The position numbers and the translations under genes were made by a program. This document shows, piece by piece, positions 27,072-40,004 of a stretch of 64,000 nt of DNA (positions are counted from its first letter, which is position 1; each line of letters begins with the position of its first letter). Under the pieces are notes generated by a model that saw only the letters and a program-made list of their open reading frames with translations, made no database searches and had not been told where the DNA came from. The DNA comes from Octopus vulgaris (taxonomy: Eukaryota): NCBI GenBank assembly GCA_951406725.2, contig OX597824.1, forward strand, positions 36,704,001 through 36,768,000, written 5' to 3'.

Positions 27072-27591
27072 GTAAATCCTCGAGTATAGTCTGCCCTTGA
27101 GTATAATATGCAGGGGATGTTTAGGGGGCTGTACTTCTGAAAAACCTAAACCTTGTGTATAATATGTACTCCTTCTCTAACTTGAGTTGTGCGTAATTAA
27201 GCCAGCAGCACTTAGTCGAACAAACACTTCCGCGCATGCGTAATACAATAATGGAGATGTTCTTAACTCTAATTTGGGAATGTAAATATGTTTTCAAATT
27301 GTTTTTGTTACATGTTATTCTGTGTTCGGAATACTTTTATGTTAATAAATGTTGCTTACTGCTAGTTATGGATGATTCTTTTATGACTTCATTGCTTTCA
27401 GGCTTAGCTTAAGGTATTTTTGCACCTGACATCACAAAATGTGTCTGAATAAACATTGTCAGACAGCAAATAGAGACTCGGACATTGCTTAGAAAATATT
27501 TTTCGTTCTTAACCTCGTATATAGTATGCACTAGGAATTTTGACCTTTAAATTTTGGGGAAAAAATGCAGATTATATTCGAGGATTTACGG
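27070..27591. mobile_element. MITE, Tc1/mariner-pogo type (CCGTA termini), copy 1
   Basis: TIRs CCGTAAATCCTCGAGTATA / TATATTCGAGGATTTACGG, TA on both sides, inserted in a (TA)n tract. Confidence 0.88.
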
Positions 27592-27665
27592 TATATCTAT
27601 ATATATATGTATGTATGTATATCTATATATATATGTATGTTTGTATATATATATATATGTATGTT

Positions 27666-27702
<37 letters not shown>

Positions 27703-28103
27703 TTGTATATATATATATATAATATGTATTAATATGCATATATGTACATGTATATGTAAATAGAGTATGAAAGTATCTAAAAACATGTACAAGGACTGCC
27801 ATAAAGAATGCAGTTCATTCTACCCACACATAATCCCCAAACCATGGTGTCATATCTGTTGAGTACAGATTCATTTTACATAATGAGGGAGGGGAATATT
27901 TATTCCAATTTCATACTTTACAATTGTTTTGAGAGGAAATAATTACCATTTTGTCAGTAGGCAAAAATGTCAGATAAATAAACTGTCAGATAAAATCTGA
28001 AAAAGATGCCAGCAGAAAAGAGACCATTGGGGAATATTCATACAAGAAGGATTAAGCAATGAAACAAAGAAAAATGAAATTAAAAGAAAGAAACATAGAC
28101 ATA

Positions 28104-28285
28104 CAGTGTATGTTTTTAGAAAGATAGATGTTGTCATCATCATCAACATCATCATCATGTCCTTTTTCCATACTGGCATGAATTGGTCAGTTTGACAACA
28201 GCCAGTGTATGTTTTTAGAAAGATGGATGTTGTCATCATCATCATGTCCTTTTTCCATACTGGCATGAATTGGTCAGTTTGACAG
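28104..28285. repeat. About 99-bp tandem duplication spanning a SINE end and its flank
   Basis: CAGTGTATGTTTTTAGAAAGAT...TTGGTCAGTTTGACA occurs twice. Confidence 0.85.
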
Positions 28286-28384
28286 GAGCTGGTCAGCCAG
28301 AGAGTTGCACCAGGCTCTAGTTGTCTGTTTTGACTTGGTTTCTACAACTGGATGCCCTTCTTAATGTCAACCATTTTACAGAGT

Positions 28385-28670
28385 GTACTTGATGCTTTTA
28401 ATGTGACACCAGCATGGGAGCTTTTTACATGGTGCTTTTTTTATATAGCACCAGCACAGGTGCTTTTTAAGTGCCACTGACATGGGTACTTTTTGTGTGG
28501 CACCAGTGCAGTTGCATTTTCTATGGCGCCAGCACATGTGCTTATTATGTTTGTGCCACCATGGGTGTTTCTTGTGTGGCACCAGCATGAGTGCTTTTTA
28601 CATGGAGACATCATGGGTTCTTTTTATGTGGCACCAGCATAGCTGCTTTTTACATAGTGTCAGCATAGGT
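28385..28670. repeat. Degenerate about 25-bp minisatellite inside SINE family C
   Basis: About 10 copies of GTGCTTTTTATGTGGCACCAGCATG-like units. Confidence 0.75.
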
Positions 28671-29214
28671 GATGCATGTGTTAACATCCCTTGTCTTTTG
28701 ATCCTATGCACACCTGTCTGTACACAAACACACCTACACATTCTCTCACACAAGCACACATGCACACACGCAAACGATAGGTGACATAAAACGTATTTAG
28801 TAGTAAAATCATGTCAAAAACCGAGATAATCAGATTGTCAACACTACTTGAAGTCAGTCACATTATTGGCTTGCACCCATCTAAGACTGCAGTAAAGTTT
28901 AGATTAAGAAAGTTATACACAGGGGGAAAGACTATTTACTACTGTTTAGTCAAGATAGTACTTGTGCTATGATGAAAACCAGCCCATTGCACAACCCAGT
29001 TAGTGATAGTAGGGAGAGGAGTTATCTGTAAAAACTAGCAGGAAAAAAATTACAAGGTTGGTCAGGTATTTCTGTTGCAGTGTGTACTGAAGAATGAAGG
29101 ATGATAACAAGTCTGGAGACCTTGTCAGAGGTGCCTAACTCTACACACAAGATATATGTGTGTGCATATGCAGATATGCACATATCGACAGACCAACATA
29201 TCAGCTGAAACCTT

Positions 29215-29262
<48 letters not shown>

Positions 29263-29523
29263 CCTATCTATCTACCTATCTATCTATCCAGCAGTGTGTG
29301 TGTGTGTAATGTGTGTATATTGTAAACAAACTTATAAGTGTTGCTTGAGCCAGTATTCTACACCACAGAAAATAAAGGAATTTGGGAACACAGGAAAGCT
29401 GTGAAGACAGCTTGGGAAATTGGGTAAATACCCTTCAGAAGATGTAAAACAAAGTGGCCAGTAAGCCTCCACAAGGAATTAAGCCCTTCAGTTCTCTGAG
29501 TTCATGAATTCCTTTACGTTCTG

Positions 29524-29569
<46 letters not shown>

Positions 29570-29893
29570 ATTATCATTGTTTAATGTCCGCTTTCCATGC
29601 TGGCATGGGTTGGATGGTTTGACTGAGGACTGGCAAGCCAAGAAGCAGCACTAGGCTCCAGTCTGATCTGGCAAGGTTTCTACAACTGGATGCCCCTCCT
29701 GACACCAGCCACTCCAAGAGTGTAGTGGGTGCTTTTTAAGTGCCATCAGCAGGGGGCCAGTCAGGCAGGACTGGCATTGACCAGGCTCGAATGGTGCATT
29801 TTACATACCACTGGCACTGGCATCGGCTACGCTCAAATGGTACTTTTTACATGCCACCAGTATGGGTGCCAGTCAGGTGGCACTGGCATCGGC

Positions 29894-29937
<44 letters not shown>

Positions 29938-29939
<2 letters not shown>

Positions 29940-30297
29940 AGAAGAACCACCATGTAGCAATTCAACAATGATATAATTAAATCATACCATATAGAAAAAA
30001 ATTAAAGATACAATAAAACATTTACCTAGAACTAAATAAAGTACGAAATAATAAATAAATAATATATAATATATTTATATACTCATTATATACTATTTAT
30101 TTATTATTTCATACTTTATTTAGTTCTAGTTTTATCGTATCTTTGATTTTTTTCTATATGGTATGATTTAATTATATCGTTGTTGATTTGCTACTTGGTG
30201 GTTCTTCTCTAATTTATATACATATATTATATATTGTGAAATTTGATTTAGTATTACTAAATTGAACTTTTCCCTGTAAGTTTGGAATCATATTCCC

Positions 30298-30300
<3 letters not shown>
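29938..30300 (+). repeat. Fold-back unit (about 130-bp arms) with family tail, then (TTA)n
   Basis: AGAGAAGAACCACCA..TCATACCATATAGAAAAAAA.. mirrored to 30210. Tail ends CATATTCCCTAT. Confidence 0.9.
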
Positions 30301-30351
<51 letters not shown>

Positions 30352-30624
30352 AATATACATGTATATATGCATGTATGTATGTAAATATCTGTTTTTATGT
30401 TCAGTTATAATAAAAACAATTTTACATTAATCTGATTGCTTACTCCATACTTTCATAAAGTAGAAATTTATTATTCCTAACCAAACAAATAATTGACAGA
30501 GAAAGTTTCAGCCACTTAAACAAACATTGGACTGCTGACAATAGCTTGTCCGGAATAATCATTTAAATATGTTTTTGTTACATGTTGTTATTGTTTTTGT
30601 TGAATAAAATTTGTTGAAAATATA

Positions 30625-31060
<436 letters not shown>

Positions 31061-31559
31061 AGTGAAGATCAGTATTTTGTGTATATAATCTGTGTTGAGA
31101 GTGTTGATGGATAACTACCACAGGATATTTTGATATATTTGTTTTCATTGACACATTCTTTCAACTATTCTGGAAGATATTGGTTATATGTCATGCTCTC
31201 TACATTGCACTACACACGTTCACATGTGTGTGTGTGTGTGTATCATTCAATATACCTTACTTAATGTTGATATATTGTACAAGGCCACAAAACTGTAGTA
31301 TTTGTCTCAAGCCAGCATCTCATGGAAATGTTTGTACAAGATGTCTAAACAAGAAACTCTCTGACAATGAATACAGCAGTTTTGTGGTTTTCCGCAATAT
31401 ATCCACATTTAGTAAGGTATACAGAATATTTTGGACTAATACTGCTTTTGTTGCTAATAGCAAATAACACAGACAGACAGATAGATAGATTTAGATAGAT
31501 ACATACATGGATACACATAGGCATACATATACATATAAATAATAATAACAATAATAATA

Positions 31560-31597
<38 letters not shown>

Positions 31598-31876
31598 AAC
31601 AATAATGAAATTATTGTGTATAATGCTCAGGTGCACTACAATTCATCAAAGGTGTATGTACAGTACATAGAATTATGTACAAAAGTCAGGAAAATGAACA
31701 GTGCAAGAGTCATGATATACATGTGTGCATGTGTATGGAAGTGGAGATATCAGGTGTATTGTTGGCGAATTTCAGGAAGCATGGAAGTTTTAAAGGATGC
31801 AATTCTCGGCAACTAACAACTGATGCAGGTAGTTTGTATATACACATATATGTATGTGTGTGTATATACATGTATG

Positions 31877-31908
<32 letters not shown>

Positions 31909-31969
31909 CATATCATTCATTGTACACTTCTGAATTTGTGTGCACATATACATATAAATATATCTATCA

Positions 31970-32022
<53 letters not shown>

Positions 32023-32228
32023 ACTATTTGTCTGTCTGTCTACCTATCTATCTATATATGAATATGTGCATGCATGCATGTATATATGCATGTATGTATG
32101 TGGTTGTATAGAATATTTGTACATGTATATAACACATACACACACATAGATGAAGCATATACTCATACAGATGTACAGATGGATGATATATATATATATA
32201 CATATACATACATACATACATACATACA

Positions 32229-32275
<47 letters not shown>

Positions 32276-33156
32276 GAAAGAGAGAGGTAGATAGAGAAAG
32301 GGGTAGATAGAGTGACATACATATAGATGGTCACTATTGCAATACAAGCTATTTTTTCTTAGACTTGCAAGCCTTTAATAACTTCCTGTAGATCTGTTTA
32401 CTGTTTACCACCTGTTTACTGTTGATGAAGAATTAGCAAAATTCAACAAAAACTCCAAGAACACTGCATTTTAAATACCAATAATTATACAGCATTAATC
32501 CCTCTATTTTGAAATTTTTCAGTTTTGAATGATTAAAGCTACATTTTTAAAAAATTTCTTACTAAACATTCTCTAACATTCCTCACATATTTAACTTGTG
32601 TATTTGACATGTACTGTATAAATATACAAGTAGAACAAACATATAAATTGTAGAGTGTATATATGTATCGTAAATATTTATATAATATATATTTATATTG
32701 TGTTTAATGTGTGTTTTGTCAGTAGAATTTTCAAATATAACCAAAATAGCAAATGTAAACTTTTATGACTGAGATGATATTAGTTTGTATGTTATTGCAG
32801 ATTATGACAACTAAAGTAGTTTGTTAAATTAAATGATTAGAAAATATTTATTATTTAATAGCTGCTGCAGTGTCACAGTAATTTTAATATCCTATTTATG
32901 AAATTTTGAAATACAAAATAAAGGAGATTGAAAATAAAATTAAAATATTCAATATATTAATTTGTAGTTCTGTTTAGAATTAAACTGATGGCTTTCACTT
33001 AAAATTTTCACTTTTTGCTTCTTCTTAATTATTTTGTCAAAATATTTGCTTTGATTGATTTTAAGAGATGAAATAGATGTCTCTGGTTACAAAAAACAAA
33101 ATAGTTTGTTACAAGTAGGTCATTAGTAAGTGATTCAAGTGTTAGCAAACTCTTAC

Positions 33157-33450
33157 CTCCTCTTCTGCAGAATCTTCACTTGAGTCATCAGCATTTTCAC
33201 TAAGAAATGAGGTTTCAGTGAAAGTGAAAGCTTTCTTCACTGAAGGTGCATCTTCATTAGTAAATGACGTTTCAGTAAAAGTAACAACTTTGTTGACGCT
33301 TGTAACATTATTAGCTTTCTTTTTGACCAATGATCCTTTGGAAGGCAATGATGGCTTTGGCCGGTCAGTCTCAGCTTGCAGCGCCCACTTTAACATGTCA
33401 TTCAGCTGGGTCAGCACAAAGCTGAATGCAGAAACATTTCCATGTACCAT
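33157..33450 (-). CDS. Candidate exon (possible alternative first exon of the myosin gene): MVHGNVSAFSFVLTQLNDMLKWALQAETDRPKPSLPSKGSLVKKKANNVTSVNKVVTFTETSFTNEDAPSVKKAFTFTETSFLSENADDSSEDSAEEE
   Basis: Non-repetitive, coding-like ORF of 98 codons from ATG 33450 to a strong donor GAGGAG|GTaaga (phase 0). Has an in-frame antisense shadow ORF. Possible acceptors give exon starts at 33469 (phase 2) or 33405 (phase 0). Confidence 0.55.
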
Positions 33451-34620
33451 TGGTAAGTTTCCAACATGCCTGAATACAAATTACTTAAGACTGGAGCCTG
33501 ATAGAAGAACTGGAAAACTGCTTCCAGACAATATCAGTTCAGTGTTGAGAATGTCAGCTGCCAATGAAACCCAATCAGAAGGTAGCTTCCAATTTCATTT
33601 TTCACTTAGCAGAAGGTATCATAGCTAGCAGTGATGAAGGATGGCAGCTGATGGAGGAGGTGAAGTGTCGTATTGCAGGTATTTTACAAGCAATATATTC
33701 CAGAGTAATTTATCTCCGATCTAACTGATACAATGACCAATTTCAAGGCAGCTAATGTTACAGGTGAATATATTTTTCAATAGTAAAACTAATTCCTTTC
33801 CCATTGAAATATAAACTTGAGAGATTTGTTTGAAAAGAAATTGGAAATTTCTTTCTCAAAAGCTAATACATTCCATTATAACATATTTCATGAATAGAAC
33901 ATTTTTTTTTTTTAATTTTTATTAATTTTCTTTATTTTGGATCAGAGATTAAATTGAAGTATTTATTTCAGAAAGTAACATATATGTTCTAATTTGTCAA
34001 TAACACTCTTGTCAAAATTTAAAAAATAAAAGAAATAAAAAAAAAGAAAACTTTCTGCAAAACTATCTTTTCTTTCAGACACAAAACAAATATGAAAGAT
34101 AAGACCATTTCCTCCAGTTAAGAAAGAACAAAAGAAAAAGGTAAATCAAGACCCAGTAACTGATTCTAAACATTAAAACATTGATATTATGTCAGGCAAT
34201 GTATTAACCAGTTTAAAATAATTTTTAAAATTTGAAAGTAATTAATTTGGAATTCCTGCACAAACATGTTTGATGGATTCCATACAATTTGCTACTTAAA
34301 GAGAAGATGACTAAAATTACAGTAATTTTATCATTAAGATTAAATGAAAGTAATTCATTAAAAATAACAACACTCCTCCAGAATGGAGAAGTAGAACTGA
34401 AAAACTTGGTTAGTTTACAGAGCTGTTTCTGAGAAATTATTTTGTAGCACTAAAAATTATTTATAACACAAACAAATAACTGCTACAGCTTCAGTAGAAG
34501 AGATTTTTTACAGATTTTCTTCAGTGCATTAAACTATATATTCATGTTTTCCTCTTATATATTACCAGTTATGAGTGCTAAACCCTATCTGTTATGTGTA
34601 TAAATTAATCATTAAAAAAC

Positions 34621-35003
34621 AGGCGCAGGAGTGGCTGTGTGGTAAGTAGCTTGCTTAACAGCCACATGGTTCTGGGTTCAGTCCCACAGCGTGGCACCTT
34701 GGGCAAGTGTCTTCTACTATAACCAAAGCCCTGTGAGTGGATTTGGTAGACGGAAACTGAAAGAAGCCCATCGTATATATGTATATATAAGTGTCTGTGT
34801 TTGTCCCCCCAAACTTTGCTTGACAACCGATGCTGGTGTGTTTACATCCCCATAACTTAGTGGTTCGGCAAAAGAGACCGATAGAATAAGTACTAGGCTT
34901 ACAAAGAATAAGTCCTGGGGTCGATTTGCTCGACTAAAGATGGTACTCCAGCATGGCCACAGTCAAATGAATGAAACAAGTAAAAGAGTACAAGAGAGTA
35001 AAG
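34621..35003 (+). mobile_element. SINE family A, full length
   Basis: AGGCGCAGGAGTGGCTGTGTGG head, family tail. Confidence 0.9.
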
Positions 35004-35579
35004 AGTTCTATAATAATAAAAACAAAATCTTGTTTGTCCACCTGGGCGCCCCTGTATCTCAATCTATATTTGCTTTACATAGACATATACCTTTTTGGAA
35101 TCAGGATGATCCAAGGATAAAAAAATCTGCCCTTCATTTGAGTCTTGAATATTCAGCATTGTGATCTGATTTAAAAGTATTTGGGCTGCTATTTCTAGCA
35201 GGTAAAGCTTGGTTGATTCACGCCATCTTGGCGTTTGTTAGTTGACATCAGGGATCAAGGGTGATAAATGACATTCACTTCATTAATTTTATGTCAACAT
35301 AAGAACTTTGGGACAAAATGGCCAACAGCTGGAATTCAACTTGGGACTAGAACAATAGAATGATTGCATTACAGAATTAATTCTCACCCCTCCTTAACCT
35401 CTGATTAAATGCCATTGGGGTATATAGTCATTATAGATGTATTACAGCTCTGTTTAGTTTTGGGCTGCAGGGCCATTTAGACCTCAAAAGTAGCTAGTTT
35501 AAAAATCCACACAGAGTGCAGCTTTTAAGCTAGTTCTTGAAATTTTCTTACAATCTTATGATGAGAAATCATCATCGCC

Positions 35580-35800
35580 ATGTGTCATATGCCAGCAGCC
35601 CATTGATGACACTACAAAAAAGTCTTCCTGATTAAGCACAAATTCTTCAACTGCCTTGCTACTCTTGCACAACCTGCTCTTGATATTGTCCCATCCATTG
35701 CATTCTTTGCCTGCTTCTTGATCTACTGCTGTCAACTCTTCCTTCCATGAGAATGTTTTCTAAACCTCTGCTTCTTTGAATATGGCAATAATAGATGAAC
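35580..35800 (-). mobile_element. RTE-clade LINE 3' end remnant
   Basis: Minus strand ENILMEGRVDSSRSRSRQRMQW, compare the RTE C-terminal G.VEG.R.RGR.R..W motif. Confidence 0.6.
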
Positions 35801-35802
35801 AT

Positions 35803-36204
35803 AGGCGCAGGAGTGGCTGTGTGGTAAGTAGCTTGCTAACCAACCACATGGTTCCGGGTTCAGTCCCACTGCGTGGCACCTTGGGCAAGTATCTTCTGCT
35901 ATAGCCCCGGGCCGACCAATGCCTTGTGAGTGGATTTGGTAGACGGAAACTGAAAGAAGCCCGTCGTATATATGTATATATATATGTGTGTGTGTTTGTG
36001 TGTCTGTGTTTGTCCCCCTAGCATTGCTTGACAACCGATGCTGGTGTGTTTATGTCCCCGTCACTTAGCGGTTCGGCAAAAAGAGACCGATAGAATAAGT
36101 ACTGGGCTTACAAAGAATAAGTCCTGGGGTCGAGTTGCTTGACTAAAGGCGGTGCTCCAGCATGGCCACAGTCAAATGACTGAAACAAGTAAAAGAAAAA
36201 GAAA
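35803..36204 (+). mobile_element. SINE family A, full length, near-consensus (young)
   Basis: CpG-rich copy with intact A/B boxes. Confidence 0.9.
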
Positions 36205-37182
36205 ATTTGTTTTTTCACAATGTTCAGGGGTTGTCATCTTTCACCTACTTGCTGTAACCTACTTGTGAAAGATGATGAGAAATGAAATTAGTCTTTGATG
36301 TCTTGGCTTATAAATATCCCTCATACTGTGGGAGGGAAACAAAACCTTACAGATTCTTTCTTGTTATAGGTCATTTTACTTTTGAGGCAGAACTACAAAA
36401 ATATTAAGGGTCATCGTGTATTTGAATTCATTTGGTAATTATGTAAAAATCATTAACCGAGTCCATTTGCCAGCACAACAGATAACAAACATAAGGAAAT
36501 ATTGAATATCTAATAACACTGAAGATACACTGTTTACCAATCAGCATAGACACTTTGTACGTCCAATATTTAAGCAACCAACTGGCTAAACAATGAGTGT
36601 CTATTATTTTAAATAATGAACAGGCAATATTTAGCAATCAGGAGAATAAACAATGAACAATTAATGTTTAGCAGTCCAGACAGGAAATAATGAACAACCT
36701 ATATTTTGCAATCACTTCAAACAATCAACAGAATTTAGTAAATTATTTTTGTTTAACATTACTAGAATGGTTAGCTGATCACGCTGCCATCACCACATTG
36801 TCTTATGTCTATGGCGAAGTCATTCCAATCTGGATGGTTTGATATTCTGAACCTTAACTGCTTTGGACACCTGTTCCTTTCCCTCTATCATCCTTTAGCC
36901 TCCCAACACATGGCTTAAGCCACAATCCTTTCTACTACACCCCCATTCAGTGAAGGGGGCATTTTCGTTCCCTGAGTGATTAACTGATCTCAAAAGTGCT
37001 GGTAGCAGTACATTCTGTAAAATGGTCGTCATTATGAAAGGCATCCAGCCATGGAAATCATGCCCAAGTAGATATTATTGGAGCTCATCATAGTCTTTTG
37101 GCTCATTGGATCCCATTGAATCATCGAACCCATCCCAGCACGAGAGACAGGCATTAAATGATGGGGAGGATAAGGATGAAGT

Positions 37183-37219
<37 letters not shown>

Positions 37220-37601
37220 AAAAAGTTCATTTCTACAAAATATTTGTAATACTGTATAATTTATAATATCCCCTTATCTTGCTGTACTCAGTTCAAAGTA
37301 CCCTATATATGCTTGTAGAAAGCAAAAGAAGAATCTTCAAATATTTTAGTTTGCATCATGATTATCCGGTTCACTAGTTCTGATTACGAGTTGTTTCTGA
37401 ACATTGGTCTGCAATGATCCAGTGTACACTAAATAAATCATGCACTAGCACCTACCAATTATGATGCCTTGCAACCATAAGTCGATGAGTCCAACATCAG
37501 CTACTTTGTCGTTATAAACAAAGACACAATTATCACATGCAAAAGTTGAAATGGCGCCTTGTTTAAATTGAGAAGTTAGTAAAAGGAAAGGGTTGTCTTA
37601 C

Positions 37602-37708
37602 CTGAAGTAAGGTGGCAGCTTTCTTCTTTTTAACAAACCGAACACGATCTCGAATGCAACGGTAATTTGTTTGAAGTATAATAACTGCATAGCGTTGACG
37701 GAGATATT
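37602..37708 (-). CDS. Unconventional myosin exon: IQ2 and start of IQ3 ((K)YLRQRYAVIILQTNYRCIRDRVRFVKKKKAATLLQ)
   Basis: Acceptor ctctctacAG|AATATCTC, donor CTTCAG|GTaaga. 107 nt, phase 1 to 0. It joins the 55079-55190 exon in frame (A|AA = Lys), giving IQ motifs at 23-aa spacing in the same register as the MYO10/Myo22 neck as I recall it. Intron 37709-55078 is 17,370 nt. Confidence 0.93.
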
Positions 37709-37812
37709 CTGTAGAGAGATCACAATAATTAATTACATATCAAACTAAATTTGCACAAACTATTTCAGAATAATATTTTCTTACAGGTGGGTCTTGTAAA
37801 GTTTGATACATG

Positions 37813-37883
<71 letters not shown>

Positions 37884-37884
<1 letters not shown>

Positions 37885-38441
37885 TGAATGAGAGAGCAGT
37901 GCATACCATCAAAGTGACACTGGGATAAAATATACAAAGCCCAGTATACCCATCATGACTACCCGCCTGATAAGGGTATACCAGGCACATGCATCACAAC
38001 CATGTGCGTGACATGGTGATCTCATATCAAGATAAACAGCACATGACCTTGCAGGTAGGGCCCAGTTAGAATTTTCTTCAGGTCGAGTATCCCATCCCAC
38101 TCAAAAGGTCCCTGAATAAGGGTTGTTTAAGGATGTTGAATGAAACACCCATGTTTCCAGATGTGAATTATTCAAACCCCAAAGAATCCCTCTCGGCACA
38201 TGGCTATGATGCTCTTCCATTACTTCTGCTCGTGATCAGAGATGTATAAATCGTCAACCACCAAGGGACATGGTCAACTGGTTAAGGTCAAACAACTGAC
38301 AAGCAAATCTGTGGTATTGAGCAGAATATTTGCTGTAGCCCATCTTTTATACCAAGATAAAAACAATGTACATGATAACACTTCCAATCAGTTAAGATTA
38401 GAAGCCATGAGAGCCACTGCCTGGTACTGCATCAGGGCATT
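37884..38441 (-). mobile_element. About 560-bp non-coding retroposon-like unit between (TTA)n and (TTG)n tracts
   Basis: Sharp boundaries, higher GC, no convincing ORF, (AAT)n tail on the minus strand. Confidence 0.55.
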
Positions 38442-38649
38442 TGTTGTTGTTGTTGTTGTTGTTATCTAATATGGCAGAGGATTGGCTGAATAATAAGAGA
38501 ATCAGACACTTCTCTAACACTGCCATACACATACAAATATATTCACTCACAAAATATCTATACTAAAATAGTAATTTCTTAAATAGTAGAAGTTCTTCAT
38601 TTTGTTGAAGTGACCAAATCATTCTACACCATTATTTGTGTATACATAA

Positions 38650-38871
38650 CCCTTTCAATACCAACCCGGCTGAAACTGGCTCTGGCTCTGTAGTAAAAAT
38701 GTTTTGTTTTCATAAGTTCTGAATTAAAATCTTCCACCAAACCTTAGTCACAATTTAGGTTCCTAGCACTAGCTTAATGATAACTAAGTTATTTTACTAA
38801 ATTCTTTGTTGTATTTAAAATTAATTGAAAGAAACACAGAGCATCTCAACAGAAATACAGTAACAAAAGGG
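38650..38871. mobile_element. piggyBac-type MITE (family 1, copy 2, opposite orientation)
   Basis: CCCTTTC...AAAAGGG termini, ATAA/TTAA flanks. Reverse complement of 21644-21863. Confidence 0.8.
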
Positions 38872-39959
38872 TTAATGCTGAATTAATAATCAAAATCAAC
38901 TGAGTTGAGACTGAAACTAGATAAATGAAGCAAGGCAGAAATACAGAAGTTTAGAAAAATGGGGATCAGATGGGGGGCAAACGTGCAGGAGTTGATAAAT
39001 AATGGTAATATCAACAGAGCATTTAGGTTAAAGTTAATACATTAATTCTCAGTATTGTGCAGGAACACTGTATGGGGCATGTGTGGACATTGTATTATTA
39101 CATCATCTTGCTGGTTAATGAGATTTAATTTACACTCAATTATTTTATATTTCAGATATACACAAATTACACTGTTAATTTGATATGGTTGTGCTCTGCA
39201 CATAATTGACCAGGTGATTTCTTACTTAATCTCTTAATCTCTGTAGGGCATCCATGTGTCTGTGTGTGTGTGTGCGCGTACATATATATAGATAAATGTA
39301 TATACATTTGTATACCCACATACATGACTGCATTCATGTATAATAACCATTCTATCAGTTGACTTTGAATTCAAGATGTTATGTGTTACCGTGAAAACAT
39401 TGTTCACGTACATTTTAGATACATTCAATTTTACGATAAATCCAATATGGGCTGATTTGTATTTTGTAAATTTTCTCTTGCTTTCACAATACAAACAATC
39501 ATTGGTTCTATATTATGTAATCCTCAAATAAAATGTGATATTCTCCATTCTTGTTCATGTTATATACTTTGGATTTTTTGAAATAGCAATCTTTGGATTT
39601 ACTTATATTGGAATAATTGTTTGTTCTTTCTCAAGCCATGCAGGAGGAAAGAGTGAGAGAAAGTTGTGGCGAAAGAGTCAGCAGAAGTTTGCCATTACCT
39701 TCTGCCGGAGCCGCATGGAGCTTAGGTGTTTCACTCATAAACACACATATCGCCCAGTCTGAGATTCGAACCCGCAATCCCTTGACTGCAAGTCTGCTGC
39801 TCTAACCACTAGGCCATGTGCCTCCACAGTGAAATAATTACCATGGGTTATTCTATTTGGATCTATTGGTATCTGATTGTCTCATGTAGTTAACCAAAGT
39901 GCTTACAAGATATATACCTGGATTTATTAATCCCTATCAACTATTATCATATATATACA

Positions 39960-40004
<45 letters not shown>

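Noticed and set aside
28385-28670. CRISPR-like repeat array
   Set aside because: Degenerate contiguous units with no unique spacers, inside a SINE, in eukaryotic DNA with no cas genes.
33218-33628. 136-aa plus-strand ORF with an apparent upstream acceptor (tcttctgcAG)
   Set aside because: It is the in-register antisense shadow of the minus-strand candidate exon, starts at GTG, and the pyrimidine tract is just the complement of Glu/Asp codons. Not fully excluded.
33470-33840. Extension of the candidate exon as a pseudogene or endogenous viral ORF
   Set aside because: Five in-frame stops in about 120 codons is close to random expectation, and I recognise no family motif.
35803-35880. tRNA gene
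   Set aside because: A/B boxes belong to a tRNA-derived SINE head; no full cloverleaf, and it continues into the SINE body.
36351-36392. 42-nt minus-strand micro-exon candidate (tttttgtAG...GTaagg; FCLKSKMTYNKKES)
   Set aside because: Phase-compatible but does not complete the IQ motif; such site pairs occur by chance in AT-rich introns.
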